IMG/VR virus record: IMGVR_UViG_3300037308_000082
Coordinates: 1 to 50,965 of that record
DNA from: a virus
Lineage: Duplodnaviria; Caudoviricetes
Strand: one strand, 5' to 3'
Length of the DNA: 50,965 nt
In this document: in pieces, positions 14,863-24,065 of the stretch
How the letters are laid out: each line of letters opens with the position of its first letter
Position numbering within the stretch: the stretch's first letter is position 1
Notes under the pieces: model-generated
Told to the model about the DNA's origin: nothing
What the model saw: only the letters and a program-made list of their open reading frames with translations
Database searches by the model: none
Translations under genes and position numbers: made by a program

Positions 14863-17133
14863 GTGACCCAGACCATCGTCGTCGCCCTCGCTGACCGCAA
14901 GGATGCCAAAAACTGGACGCAGCGGGAGACCGACTGGCCGGGCTACCTCGCCTACGCACGGTTCGACGATCCTGCCGACTACAAAGAGTGCGGCGCGATC
15001 CTGTCGGCCACCCTCCGCAACACGACGCGCACGAAGGACACCGTGGTCAACCGCTACGTCGTCACGATGGACGTGGACTACCCGACGCCAGACTTCTTCG
15101 CCGACCTCCTGCTGACCCTGCCCGACACCGAGTTGGCCTGGCACTCGACGTGGTCGTACACCCCTGCCACCCCCCGCTACCGGCTCCACATCCCGCTCGC
15201 CCGTGACGTCACCCCGACCGAGTACGCCCGGCTCACCCGTGCTCTGGCGCACAACATCGGCCGATCAGCCTTCGACCCGTCCAGTTTCGCCCCGACGCAG
15301 TACGCCTTCCTCGCCAGCACCCAGGACCAAGCCACCTACGTCCACGAGATCCGGCATGGCGAGTGGCTGGACCCCGAGCCGTGGCTGGCGATGTACCCGG
15401 AGGAAGCCCGTGACACGTCGTTGGAGCCCGCCGAAGGCCCGCCGACCCCCGCCCAGTGCGACAAGGCCCTGACGATCCTCCGCAAGTACGCTGATGAGAT
15501 CCGCAACGGCGTCACCCGCGACGGCGTGGAGGTCACCCGCAACAGCGGGCTCATCGCCCGGCTGCCCGTCCTGCTGCGCTTCGTGCTGGCCGGTGCGCTG
15601 ACCGGCGATGAGGTCTACGACACGATGCTGGACGCCGTTGCTGAGGCCCCCGGTGACCACGCCTTCACGCTAGAGGAGTACCTGATGGTCTTCTCTCGTG
15701 CGGAAGCCTACGCCACGGAGGACGGACCCGGCCTACCGACCGTCATCGACGACTTCACGACCCCGCCACCAGCCACCACTGCACCGCCACCAGCCCCCGG
15801 CAACCCGGCGGCCACGCTACCACCCGGCCCGACGTTCGTGTTCTCCCCCACCCGCTACCTCCGAACGGGCGGCGGGCTCGAAGTGGAAGCCCTCGCCCGG
15901 CACCTTGACGCCAGCCTCGGCCTCGCCCGGTGTGAGTTGTCGGGCACCTTGCTGCGCTTCCACGGTGGCTCCTGGCGGGCTGACGCCGAGAAGGTCGTTC
16001 GAGCCGCCGTCACGACAATCCTCGGCGACCTCTGGACCCCTGCACGCGGGTCAAGTGTCTTGAAGTACTTCGCCGACGCAGACTTACGCGAGATCCCTGA
16101 GATGCCGACCACACCCTCCCTGGTCAACACCTTCTCCGGCATGGTAGAGCCGGTGACCGGCGCGGTCCTCCCCCACGACCCCGGCTTGAACAGCCGCCAG
16201 CAGATCCCGCACCCCTACGATCCCGAAGCCACTTGCCCGGAGTTCGACGCCTACCTCGCGTCCTCGTACCGGCCCGACCAGATCCCCGTCGTCTGGGAGA
16301 TCATCGGGTACTCTTTGCTGCCAACCAACCCCTACCACCGAGCCGTCCTCCTGTACGGGCCGAAGGGCCGCAACGGCAAGGGTGTCTTCACGCACACCCT
16401 CCAGGCCCTCGTCGGCAGCGAGAACTGCAGCCACATCAGCATCCACGACCTCGGCGGCAACCGCTTCGCGGAGGCGAGCCTGTTCGGCAAGTTGGTCAAC
16501 CTGGCCGGTGACCAGGACGCATCGTTCCTCGCCAACACCGGCAAGTTGAAGACCCTCATTGCAGGTGACCCGATCTCCGCCGACGTCAAGAACAAGGCCC
16601 GCTTCCGGTTCACCCCGACAGCCCTGTCGATCTTCGCGACGAACAAGTTGTTCAAGACCACCGACGCCAGCGAAGCCTTCCTCAACCGCTTCATCGTGGT
16701 CAAGTACGACACAGACTTCTTCGGCCGGGAGGACCTTGGCCTCAAGAACCGCCTCGCCACCGAGAGCGAGTTACGCGGCATCCTCGCCCGAGCCATTGAG
16801 GCCCTTGGCCGCCTGCTGGCTCGCGGCAGGTTCGACCTCTCTCCCGAGATGATCGCCGACACTGCTGAGGCCGGGGCGACTGTCGGCGGCGACACCCGTG
16901 CTTGGGTCCACGAGTACGCGACGCTTGACCCCGACTCCTGGACGAAAGGCACCGCACTCTACGACGCCTACTGCCTGGCGGCCCGCGACGACGGCACCCT
17001 CCGGCCGCTACGTCGTCGGGACTTCTACGCTGACCTCCGACAGATCCGAGACGTCACCGGCACAGAGCGAGACGGCTACCTCGGCTTCAAGGGCATCCGG
17101 CTCAACCCGGCGGCCTTCGAGGAGTTCCTGTAA
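14863..17133 (+). CDS. DNA primase/helicase (primase-like N-terminus plus D5/P4-type SF3 helicase)
   Basis: N-terminal DVD, HST.S, RYRLHIPL; Walker A GPKGRNGKG; ATN; RFIVV. Confidence 0.85.
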   Translation: MTQTIVVALADRKDAKNWTQRETDWPGYLAYARFDDPADYKECGAILSATLRNTTRTKDTVVNRYVVTMDVDYPTPDFFADLLLTLPDTELAWHSTWSYTPATPRYRLHIPLARDVTPTEYARLTRALAHNIGRSAFDPSSFAPTQYAFLASTQDQATYVHEIRHGEWLDPEPWLAMYPEEARDTSLEPAEGPPTPAQCDKALTILRKYADEIRNGVTRDGVEVTRNSGLIARLPVLLRFVLAGALTGDEVYDTMLDAVAEAPGDHAFTLEEYLMVFSRAEAYATEDGPGLPTVIDDFTTPPPATTAPPPAPGNPAATLPPGPTFVFSPTRYLRTGGGLEVEALARHLDASLGLARCELSGTLLRFHGGSWRADAEKVVRAAVTTILGDLWTPARGSSVLKYFADADLREIPEMPTTPSLVNTFSGMVEPVTGAVLPHDPGLNSRQQIPHPYDPEATCPEFDAYLASSYRPDQIPVVWEIIGYSLLPTNPYHRAVLLYGPKGRNGKGVFTHTLQALVGSENCSHISIHDLGGNRFAEASLFGKLVNLAGDQDASFLANTGKLKTLIAGDPISADVKNKARFRFTPTALSIFATNKLFKTTDASEAFLNRFIVVKYDTDFFGREDLGLKNRLATESELRGILARAIEALGRLLARGRFDLSPEMIADTAEAGATVGGDTRAWVHEYATLDPDSWTKGTALYDAYCLAARDDGTLRPLRRRDFYADLRQIRDVTGTERDGYLGFKGIRLNPAAFEEFL

Positions 17134-17140
17134 CCTCAGC

Positions 17141-17169
17141 GTGCATCCTGCCGACAAACGTGGTATGAT
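17141..17169 (+). promoter_or_regulatory. Promoter (GTGCAT-17-TATGAT, extended -10)
   Basis: TGGTATGAT followed by GAAGGAGACC SD. Confidence 0.55.
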
Positions 17170-17197
17170 ACCGCCAACCGACCCGAAGGAGACCACC

Positions 17198-17797
17198 ATG
17201 CGCGTCTACATCAGCGGCCCGATCAGTAGCGACACCACCCGCACGCTTGACCAGAAGCGGACGCGGTTCGCCATCGCGGCGGCCCAGATCGCCGCCCTTG
17301 GCTTCGAGCCGGTGGACCCGTTCACGATCGGCCCCGCGTGCGCCGACGACCCGTGCCGCCACGGCACCCCGGAGCCAGCCGCTCAGGACCCCGCGCACTC
17401 GTGGCCGTGCTTCCTACGCGCCGACCTCATTGCCCTCCTGGGCTGCGACGGCGTGGCCACTCTACCCGGCTGGGAGCACTCGGAGGGCGCCAACCTGGAA
17501 GTGAACACGGCGCGGGCTGTTGGCATCCTTGTCGCCCCGATCGACCACTGGCAGACCGCCTGCTGCGCCCGGTGTGGCCAGCCGTCCTTCGCCCACCTGC
17601 CCGGTGGCCCTCGTGACGGCTGCACCTTTGCGGGCATCGGCTCGACCGCCCACTGCTCTGAGTGCGGCAGGGTCGTGCGCTGGGACGGCCACGCCTGGTC
17701 CGACGACCCCGCCAACCCCCGCGCCATCTATTGCCCCGGCAGCAACGACCCGCTTCCCGTCCACGTCCCAGTAGAATCCGGCGACCTACGATCCTAG
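17198..17797 (+). CDS. DUF4406 / nucleoside deoxyribosyltransferase-like protein with Cys-rich C-terminus
   Basis: MRVYISGP...DP...DLIALLGCD...LPGWEHSEGANLE pattern; strong SD. Confidence 0.75.
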   Translation: MRVYISGPISSDTTRTLDQKRTRFAIAAAQIAALGFEPVDPFTIGPACADDPCRHGTPEPAAQDPAHSWPCFLRADLIALLGCDGVATLPGWEHSEGANLEVNTARAVGILVAPIDHWQTACCARCGQPSFAHLPGGPRDGCTFAGIGSTAHCSECGRVVRWDGHAWSDDPANPRAIYCPGSNDPLPVHVPVESGDLRS

Positions 17798-17809
17798 GAG
17801 GATCTACCC

Positions 17810-18058
17810 ATGCCCCGCCCCGTCCAGTACCGTGAAGAGGACAAGGTTCGCTCTGCAACCGCCCGCCTGGCGACCCTGCAGCGCCCGGATCGGGAGACCG
17901 ACCCCGAGCGCCTGGAGGAAGCCCGGCAGGAGTTGATCGCTGCCCGGCTGGAGCGGGCGATCTTCGAGGCCCTGAACCCCGAGCCGCCGTACTCCCCACT
18001 GACCGCCGACCGTCGTGGTCGCCTGGCCGACATGCTGACCGGCACCAACCTGCTGTGA
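17810..18058 (+). CDS. Hypothetical protein (82 aa)
   Basis: AGGAGG SD; stop overlaps the helicase start. Confidence 0.7.
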   Translation: MPRPVQYREEDKVRSATARLATLQRPDRETDPERLEEARQELIAARLERAIFEALNPEPPYSPLTADRRGRLADMLTGTNLL

Positions 18059-19389
18059 CACTCACCCTCCACGAGTACCAACGTCAGGCCGTCCGTCATC
18101 TTCACTCGACGGGCGAGCCTGGCGCGGGGCTCTTCCTGGATCTCGGGCTCGGCAAGACGGCCACGGTGCTGTCTGCGCTGACGCCCGACCACCTGCCCGC
18201 TCTCGTCCTCGCCCCGAAGCGTGTGGCGGCTCACGTCTGGCCACACGAGCAGGCCCTGTGGCGGCCAGACCTGACCCTCGCCACGGCCCTCGGCACCCCG
18301 ACCGCCCGAGAGCACGCCCGCGCCCAGCGGGCTGACATCACGGTCATGACTCACGACACGGTGGGCGACCTCGTGCGGCACCCCGGCTACCAGACAATCG
18401 TGCTGGACGAACTGTCGGCGTACAAGACGAAGACGACGCAACGGTGGCGGATGACCGCGCCGGTCGCCCGGCGTGCCCGCCACGTTTGGGGCTTGACCGG
18501 CACGCCCGCCCCGAACGGCTACCTAGACCTCTGGGCTCAGGTCGCCCTGCTGGACCGGGGCCGCCGTCTCGGGCCGACGCTGACCGCCTACCGTGACCGC
18601 TACTTCACCCCTGGCCGCCGCTTGCCGTACACGCAGGTCGTCGTCGAGTGGCTGCCGAAGAAGGGCGCCCTGGACGCGATCAACGCCCTCCTGGCTGACC
18701 TATGTATCTCCATGAGCGCCGAGGACTACCTGGCCGCCCACCACGAGCCGACGCTAATCGAGGTCGAGGTCGATCTACCGAAGGACGCCCGCGCCTTTTA
18801 CAGTCGGCTCGAAACCGACCTCGTGGTCACAGCCCGCAACGCAACCTTCTCGGCTGCCAACACGGCTGTCCTCTCGAACAAGTTGCTGCAGGTGTCGTCC
18901 GGGTTCGTCTACGACGACCTCGGCGCTGCGTACCACCTGCACAGTGAGAAGATCCTGGCGGCTCGCGACATCGTGGAGCAGAGCCACCGGGGCGTCATCA
19001 TCTTCTACGGCTACACAGCCGAGCGAGACGGCCTGCTGGCCGCCTTCCCAGAGGCCCGGACGATCGATGAGCCCGGCGTGATCGCCAACTGGAACGCGGG
19101 TCGGGTGAGGGTCCTCGTGGCCCACCCGAAGTCTGCCGGGCACGGGCTCAACCTGCAGTACGGCGGCCACACGATCGTCTTCACGACCCTGCCGTGGTCG
19201 CTCGAACTGTGGGAGCAGTCCCTCGGCCGCCTGGCCCGGCAAGGGCAGACGAGCGGTGTCCTCGTCCACTGGCTCTCGGCAACGCCGCTTGACAAGATCG
19301 TCATGAAGGCCCTGCTAGCGAAGGAAGACGTACAGGCCGCCCTCCTGTCCTACCTCGGCCGTAAAGCCCTCTATGAAGCCCTGCTGTGA
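18055..19389 (+). CDS. SNF2-family DNA helicase
   Basis: LHEYQ, DLGLGKT, LDELS, LTGTP, GHGLNLQ, GRLARQGQ. Confidence 0.9.
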   Translation: MTLTLHEYQRQAVRHLHSTGEPGAGLFLDLGLGKTATVLSALTPDHLPALVLAPKRVAAHVWPHEQALWRPDLTLATALGTPTAREHARAQRADITVMTHDTVGDLVRHPGYQTIVLDELSAYKTKTTQRWRMTAPVARRARHVWGLTGTPAPNGYLDLWAQVALLDRGRRLGPTLTAYRDRYFTPGRRLPYTQVVVEWLPKKGALDAINALLADLCISMSAEDYLAAHHEPTLIEVEVDLPKDARAFYSRLETDLVVTARNATFSAANTAVLSNKLLQVSSGFVYDDLGAAYHLHSEKILAARDIVEQSHRGVIIFYGYTAERDGLLAAFPEARTIDEPGVIANWNAGRVRVLVAHPKSAGHGLNLQYGGHTIVFTTLPWSLELWEQSLGRLARQGQTSGVLVHWLSATPLDKIVMKALLAKEDVQAALLSYLGRKALYEALL

Positions 19390-19416
19390 CCCCCAACCCT
19401 TAGAAGGAGACCGCTC

Positions 19417-19794
19417 ATGTACGACCCCGCTGATACCGACAGAGTGCTAAGTGAGGTGCGAGAGCACCGCGCCTGGCAGGCCGAACGGTACTTTGCGCTC
19501 AACCAGACGATGCCGGACGGAACCGGCCCTGACACTCCCTGGCTTCCCGGCCTCCCGCACTCGGCTCGTACCATCGAGATGATCATCCGGGCTGACTGGA
19601 ACTACGACACCGACCCGGACCCGGCTCTCATGTCGTGGATGCGCTTGCTGCGCGAGGAAGTTGCTGAGGCGTTTGCCTGTGCCGACGCTACCTGCCTGCG
19701 CACCGAACTCGTTCAGGTTGCTGCCGTCGCTGTCTCGTGGATCGAGACTCTGGACGCCCGCGCCAAAGACACCCAGTTGGTGTTGTTCCCGTGA
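19417..19794 (+). CDS. MazG-like nucleotide pyrophosphohydrolase
   Basis: LREEVAEA...RTELVQVAAVAV motif. Confidence 0.7.
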   Translation: MYDPADTDRVLSEVREHRAWQAERYFALNQTMPDGTGPDTPWLPGLPHSARTIEMIIRADWNYDTDPDPALMSWMRLLREEVAEAFACADATCLRTELVQVAAVAVSWIETLDARAKDTQLVLFP

Positions 19795-19988
19795 GCCACC
19801 GATCCGATCAGACCAAGTTGATCCGCCGCACCGTGGCCCTCGGCTGCACCGTCCTCCGGCTCAACAACGGCCACTGGCGCCTTCTCACCCCCACGGGTGA
19901 GGTCATCATCGCGTCATTTAGCCCGTCAACGGCCGGTGGCGTTCGAGCAACACAACGGCGTCTTCGCAAGGCAGGTGTGCCAGTATGA
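19791..19988 (+). CDS. HicA-like small basic protein (65 aa)
   Basis: G.TV....NGHWRL..P.G..I...SPS...LRKAG pattern; coupled to neighbours. Confidence 0.55.
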   Translation: MSHRSDQTKLIRRTVALGCTVLRLNNGHWRLLTPTGEVIIASFSPSTAGGVRATQRRLRKAGVPV

Positions 19989-20401
19989 CCGTCAACAGCG
20001 GCAACATTCGGCCGGGATGGGACGAGTACTTCCTCGGCATCGCCAAGGCGGTCGCGGCTCGGGGCGAGTGCGTCCGGTCCCGTGTCGGCGCCGTCCTCGT
20101 CATCAACAGGAGGATCGTGGCCACTGGCTACAACGGCGTGCCTGCCGGGGAGCGGTCCTGCCTAGACGGGGCCTGCCCACGCGCCCGCAACACCGTCCCC
20201 CGTGGCACGCTTTACGACGGCCCTGGCCGGTGTATCGCCACCCACGCCGAGATCAATGCCATCGACGACTACGAGACCCGAGTCGGCCTGCTGGCTCCTG
20301 GTGCGACCATGTACCTCACGAAGGAGCCGTGTGAAGTCTGTGAGCCGATCTTGACTGTCACCTACGGGCTCCGCGTCGTCTGGGAGGATGATACCCGATG
20401 A
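19985..20401 (+). CDS. Deoxycytidylate (dCMP) deaminase
   Basis: WDEYF, VGAV, TGYNG, HAE, PCxxC zinc motifs. Confidence 0.9.
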   Translation: MTVNSGNIRPGWDEYFLGIAKAVAARGECVRSRVGAVLVINRRIVATGYNGVPAGERSCLDGACPRARNTVPRGTLYDGPGRCIATHAEINAIDDYETRVGLLAPGATMYLTKEPCEVCEPILTVTYGLRVVWEDDTR

Positions 20402-20562
20402 AGAACAGGTTCGCCGCAGGCAACAAGGAGCCAGACTACCGCGTCAAGCGGTGCAAGGTCCTGCAAGACGGCACGCCCTGTGACCGCCCGTTCGCCTTCT
20501 ACGTCCACGACGGCATCCAGATGTGCAGCCAGCACGACTACGAGTGGAGGCACCACCAGTGA
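20398..20562 (+). CDS. Small Cys/His protein (54 aa, MKNRFAAG...)
   Basis: Read by hand; GGAGG SD, overlaps at both ends. Confidence 0.55.
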   Translation: MKNRFAAGNKEPDYRVKRCKVLQDGTPCDRPFAFYVHDGIQMCSQHDYEWRHHQ

Positions 20563-20663
20563 CAACCGATACCTGGCAGACCCTGGCCCTCGTGCTGCTC
20601 GCGCTCTGGAACATCCTGGTCACGGCCTACCTCGTGGGCTTCGTCCAGGCCCTCCGCCGGTAG
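20559..20663 (+). CDS. Small membrane peptide (34 aa)
   Basis: MTTDTWQTLALVLLALWNILVTAYLVGFVQALRR; GTGA overlap, GGAGG SD. Confidence 0.5.
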   Translation: MTTDTWQTLALVLLALWNILVTAYLVGFVQALRR

Positions 20664-20687
20664 CGAAAACGGCCCTGACCATACGAC

Positions 20688-20716
20688 TTGCGTTTGTTCG
20701 CGGTTCATGGTATGAT
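20688..20716 (+). promoter_or_regulatory. Repeated early promoter (TTGCGT-17-TATGAT with GTTCATGG)
   Basis: One of five near-identical ACTTGCG...GTTCATGGTAT(G/A)AT copies. Confidence 0.8.
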
Positions 20717-20764
20717 TCTACTTGTAGCGCCGGGAGCCCCCGGCCCGAGACAGAGGAGAGAGAC

Positions 20765-21790
20765 ATGGCCCACAACATCACCGAGCGCGACTCGGTCATC
20801 AGCGTCCGCGACGCGGGCTGGCACGGCCTGGCGACGGTGCTCGACGACTACGTGACCCCTGAGCAGGCCCGTGAGATGGCCTTCCCCTGGGAGCCCGTCA
20901 CCACCCCGCTCTACCGGGGCGTCCCCTTCATCAACGAGGCGGGCGAGCCCGATGTCTCGTTCGAAGAGGTCCCCGGCATTGTCGGCGTCGAGCGCAGCGA
21001 CACGGGCGAGTTCTTCGGCTCGGTCGGCAAGGACTACGTCCACGCCACCAACAAGGAACTAACCGAGATCGCCGAGAGCATCGAGGGCATCGACAGCGGC
21101 GCCGTCCGCGTCGAGACCGCTGGATCGCTGAAGGGCGGCCGGAAGGTCTGGATGCTGCTCCGCATGGCCGAGCCCATCGTGGTCAAGGGCGACCCGAACG
21201 GCGCCACGATCCCCTACTTCGCGCTGCAGAACAGCCACGACGGCTACGGCTCGCTGCGAGGCCAGGCGCTCATGACGCGCATCATCTGCGACAACACGGC
21301 TCAGGCCGCCGACATGGAGGCCCGCGCCAACAACTACGAGTTCACCTTCCGGCACACCACTGGTCTCCGCGACCGGATCGAGGACGCGAAGGCGGCCCTG
21401 GCGATGTGGCGCGACTCGGTCGTCAACTGGCAGGCGCTCATGGACGAGTTGATCGCCACGCCGGTCACCGAGGCCCAGAAGCAGGACTTCATCGACGGCT
21501 TCATCCCGTGGCCCGTCTCAACGATGACGGTCGGCCCGCGTGTCCTCACGAACATCGAGAACGCCCGGAACGCCTTCAACGACATCATGACCGGCGTCAC
21601 GACCGCCGACGTGTCCAACACCGCCTACGGGCTCGTGCAGGCCGCCATCGAGTTCAACCAGCACGTCCGGGGCGTCCGTGCCGCGTCGGACCTGGCCCGT
21701 GCCGAGAGCCGCTTCAAGAGGGCCTACCTGGACCGCGACCGGCAGATCTCGGTCGCCATCGACCTGGCCCGCGAGGTCGCCCTCGCCTGA
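20765..21790 (+). CDS. DUF932/DUF945-family protein
   Basis: MAH...WHGL, ETAGSLKGGRKVW, NSHDG, RIICDNT, FRHT motifs. Confidence 0.85.
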   Translation: MAHNITERDSVISVRDAGWHGLATVLDDYVTPEQAREMAFPWEPVTTPLYRGVPFINEAGEPDVSFEEVPGIVGVERSDTGEFFGSVGKDYVHATNKELTEIAESIEGIDSGAVRVETAGSLKGGRKVWMLLRMAEPIVVKGDPNGATIPYFALQNSHDGYGSLRGQALMTRIICDNTAQAADMEARANNYEFTFRHTTGLRDRIEDAKAALAMWRDSVVNWQALMDELIATPVTEAQKQDFIDGFIPWPVSTMTVGPRVLTNIENARNAFNDIMTGVTTADVSNTAYGLVQAAIEFNQHVRGVRAASDLARAESRFKRAYLDRDRQISVAIDLAREVALA

Positions 21791-21796
21791 CAGGCA

Positions 21797-21845
21797 GGCC
21801 GGTTGGCCGGTGTCCTTCCCTCCCCCGGACACCGGCCGACCGGCC
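21797..21845 (+). promoter_or_regulatory. 19-bp stem hairpin with pyrimidine loop (attenuator/terminator-like)
   Basis: GGCCGGTTGGCCGGTGTCC / GGACACCGGCCGACCGGCC inverted repeat just after the DUF932 stop. Confidence 0.6.
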
Positions 21846-21868
21846 GTCAACACGAAGGAGGAACTACT

Positions 21869-22372
21869 GTGTGGCTCATGCTTGACACTGGCTTCGTAAG
21901 CGTCGTGCAGCACAAGGACGACCCCGAGGTCCTGCTCGTCCGGGCTCGCGCTGCGGGCGACATCGAGAGCATCTTCGGCAGCGACGTCACCGTGGCCGTC
22001 GAGCCCGGTGCCGACTACCTCTACCGCGCCGAGATCGGCCGGACACGGGTCGCCGAGGTCCTGCTGAAGAAGGTCCTCGCGCTGGATTACACCAGCCATG
22101 CGAAGGACGTTGCACTGCAGCGCTCTCCGGCCAACCCACTCCGACGGGAAGCCTACTACGAGACGTGGCAGGCGATGGCACTCATGCAGCCCTACGCGCC
22201 GTACACGACGGTCCCTCGCACTGAGTCGTCGGTCCTGGCCCGTGCCTGGCGCCGCCACCACCCGATTCTCGATGAGGAGTGGTTCGACGAGGACTACAAC
22301 GAGGAAGCCGCCGCCTTCCAAGACTTCCGGCTCGAAGACGACGGCCAGGGCGGCGTCCGAACGGTCACCTGA
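21869..22372 (+). CDS. Hypothetical protein (MWLMLDTGFVSVVQ...LVRAR...DYLYRA)
   Basis: GAAGGAGG SD; globular-looking sequence. Confidence 0.7.
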   Translation: MWLMLDTGFVSVVQHKDDPEVLLVRARAAGDIESIFGSDVTVAVEPGADYLYRAEIGRTRVAEVLLKKVLALDYTSHAKDVALQRSPANPLRREAYYETWQAMALMQPYAPYTTVPRTESSVLARAWRRHHPILDEEWFDEDYNEEAAAFQDFRLEDDGQGGVRTVT

Positions 22373-22401
22373 CCACCCACCACCGAGAAAAGGAGACCAG
22401 C

Positions 22402-22608
22402 ATGTCCACGAAGACCCGCACGATGACCCGCCACGAGCAGGAAGCCCTTGCCGTCTTCATGGTCGGCACGCCGACCGTGATCACCGACCGCGTGCTGAGG
22501 GCGCGGCTCAACAATCACCGCTGGGGCCGCCACCGGGAGCGGGCGCTCTACGCGCCGGACTGCCCGGCGTGCTGGTACCTGATCCAGCACTACGGTAAGG
22601 GCGCCTGA
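22402..22608 (+). CDS. Hypothetical protein (68 aa, CxxC)
   Basis: AAGGAGACC SD. Confidence 0.6.
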   Translation: MSTKTRTMTRHEQEALAVFMVGTPTVITDRVLRARLNNHRWGRHRERALYAPDCPACWYLIQHYGKGA

Positions 22609-22617
22609 TCTGCCAAC

Positions 22618-22646
22618 TTGCGCTTTGCGAGAGTTCATGGTATGAT
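22618..22646 (+). promoter_or_regulatory. Repeated early promoter (TTGCGC-17-TATGAT)
   Basis: Consensus copy. Confidence 0.8.
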
Positions 22647-22679
22647 TGAACTCACCACCGAGAGAAGGAGACCACCCTC

Positions 22680-22880
22680 ATGACCAAAATCCACCGCCTC
22701 GCCCCCGGCGCTTACGAGACCGTTGACGTTCTCGACAGCGACGGCAAGCCCTTCACGATCACCCAGGCGTCGTGGGAGGGCTCCTGCCACTCCCGTGTGA
22801 GCCTCTGGTTTGTCCACGACAGCCGCAACCGCCTCATCTCGAAGCACGCGTCCCTGCGCGATGCACGGGGCTCCCTGTGA
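22680..22880 (+). CDS. Hypothetical protein (66 aa)
   Basis: Follows promoter and GAAGGAGACC SD. Confidence 0.65.
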   Translation: MTKIHRLAPGAYETVDVLDSDGKPFTITQASWEGSCHSRVSLWFVHDSRNRLISKHASLRDARGSL

Positions 22881-22990
22881 GCGCCGTGCTGATGTCGAGC
22901 AGGAACCCAGTCCTGTTCCTGCTCGGCTCCTACGCTTTCTCGGCTCGCCGGATCGTCGCGGCCTACACCACCCTGCTGTGGGGCGCCTGA
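22877..22990 (+). CDS. Small hydrophobic peptide (37 aa)
   Basis: GTGA and TGATG overlaps at the two ends. Confidence 0.4.
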   Translation: MSAVLMSSRNPVLFLLGSYAFSARRIVAAYTTLLWGA

Positions 22991-23766
22991 TGAGCCTCGT
23001 GAAGATGCCAGCCCCCGCCTACTGGACCCGCTACCGCGTAGAGACCGATGAGGCCGTTCTCGGTCGCATCGAGAAGCGCGGCGGCTTTGCACCCTGGACC
23101 GTTCTCGACGATCTCGGTGCCTACGTTGGTTCCGCGAAGACCCGCGCCGAGGCCGTCACTCGGCTCAAAAACTACCACCGACCAGCGGACTTGCGCTCTG
23201 AGCAAGTTCATGGTATGATTGCTCTCAGCAACCCGGCCACCACTACAGAAGGAGACCCCATCATGGCCTACACCACCACCCCCACCGGCCGCCGTCTCGC
23301 CGTCGTGAGCGAGACCGGCACCGACCTCAAGACCTTCGGCTCGAAGACCGAGGCCGCCGAGTACCTGGCGCACGTCGAGGGCCTGGCCGTCGTCGTCCGC
23401 AAGACCGGCATGGTCGTCAGGACGCAGGACGGCGAGCAGACCAACCTCCACATCGACGACCTGATCGCCGCTGGCAAGCCGAAGGCCAAGGCCCCGGCCC
23501 CGGCCAAGGCCCTGACCGTCCGGGCGACCGGCCGCGCCTGCACCGTCTGCGGCTCGCCGGACAAGCAGAGCAACGGGCAGTGCGCCTGCCGCAACGTTCT
23601 CTACCGCTCGACCCGCAACCTGGGCTTCTCCGAGGCCGACATCCTCGCGGGCTCGAAGGTCTACGACGAGGCCATCACCCAGGGCGAGACCCCGATCGAG
23701 GCCCGGCGGCTCATGCGCGAGGCCGTCCCCGCGCTGGCGCCGACCGGACGGGTGAAGAAAGCGTAG
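22990..23766 (+). CDS. Hypothetical protein with internal in-frame start at 23263 (Zn-finger-like CxxC...CxC)
   Basis: Open frame runs through an internal promoter and SD; the short form starts MAYTTT. Confidence 0.6.
   Translation: MSLVKMPAPAYWTRYRVETDEAVLGRIEKRGGFAPWTVLDDLGAYVGSAKTRAEAVTRLKNYHRPADLRSEQVHGMIALSNPATTTEGDPIMAYTTTPTGRRLAVVSETGTDLKTFGSKTEAAEYLAHVEGLAVVVRKTGMVVRTQDGEQTNLHIDDLIAAGKPKAKAPAPAKALTVRATGRACTVCGSPDKQSNGQCACRNVLYRSTRNLGFSEADILAGSKVYDEAITQGETPIEARRLMREAVPALAPTGRVKKA
23191..23219 (+). promoter_or_regulatory. Repeated early promoter (TTGCGC-17-TATGAT)
   Basis: Consensus copy inside an open reading frame. Confidence 0.75.
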
Positions 23767-24065
23767 TGCGCGAGACCGCTGTTGAGCGGTCCTTGGCCAA
23801 GGCGGTCAGGGGCGCCGGAGGACTGACGGTGAAGATCATGCCCGTTGTCGCTGGTGTCCCTGACCGCCTTGTGCTACTCCCAGGAGGACGACTGTTCCTC
23901 GTTGAAGCGAAAGCCCCGACCGGACGACTCCGCCCAGCCCAGCGCATCTGGCACGAGCGAGCCGCCCGGCTCGGCATCCCGGTCGCCGTCCTCCACTCGC
24001 CCCAAGAGGTTGCCGAGTGGCTGGCAAACGTGTTAGATTCAGACCCGACGAACGGAGACACCTGA
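23766..24065 (+). CDS. VRR-NUC domain nuclease
   Basis: E..VE, GVPDRL, VEAK, GRLRPAQ motifs. Confidence 0.85.
   Translation: MRETAVERSLAKAVRGAGGLTVKIMPVVAGVPDRLVLLPGGRLFLVEAKAPTGRLRPAQRIWHERAARLGIPVAVLHSPQEVAEWLANVLDSDPTNGDT

Noticed and set aside
17198-20401. Modified-base (Z-genome or deazaguanine) pathway
   Set aside because: MazG-like and deaminase genes are present, but no PurZ, QueC/DpdA, thymidylate-synthase-like or glycosyltransferase genes were recognised.
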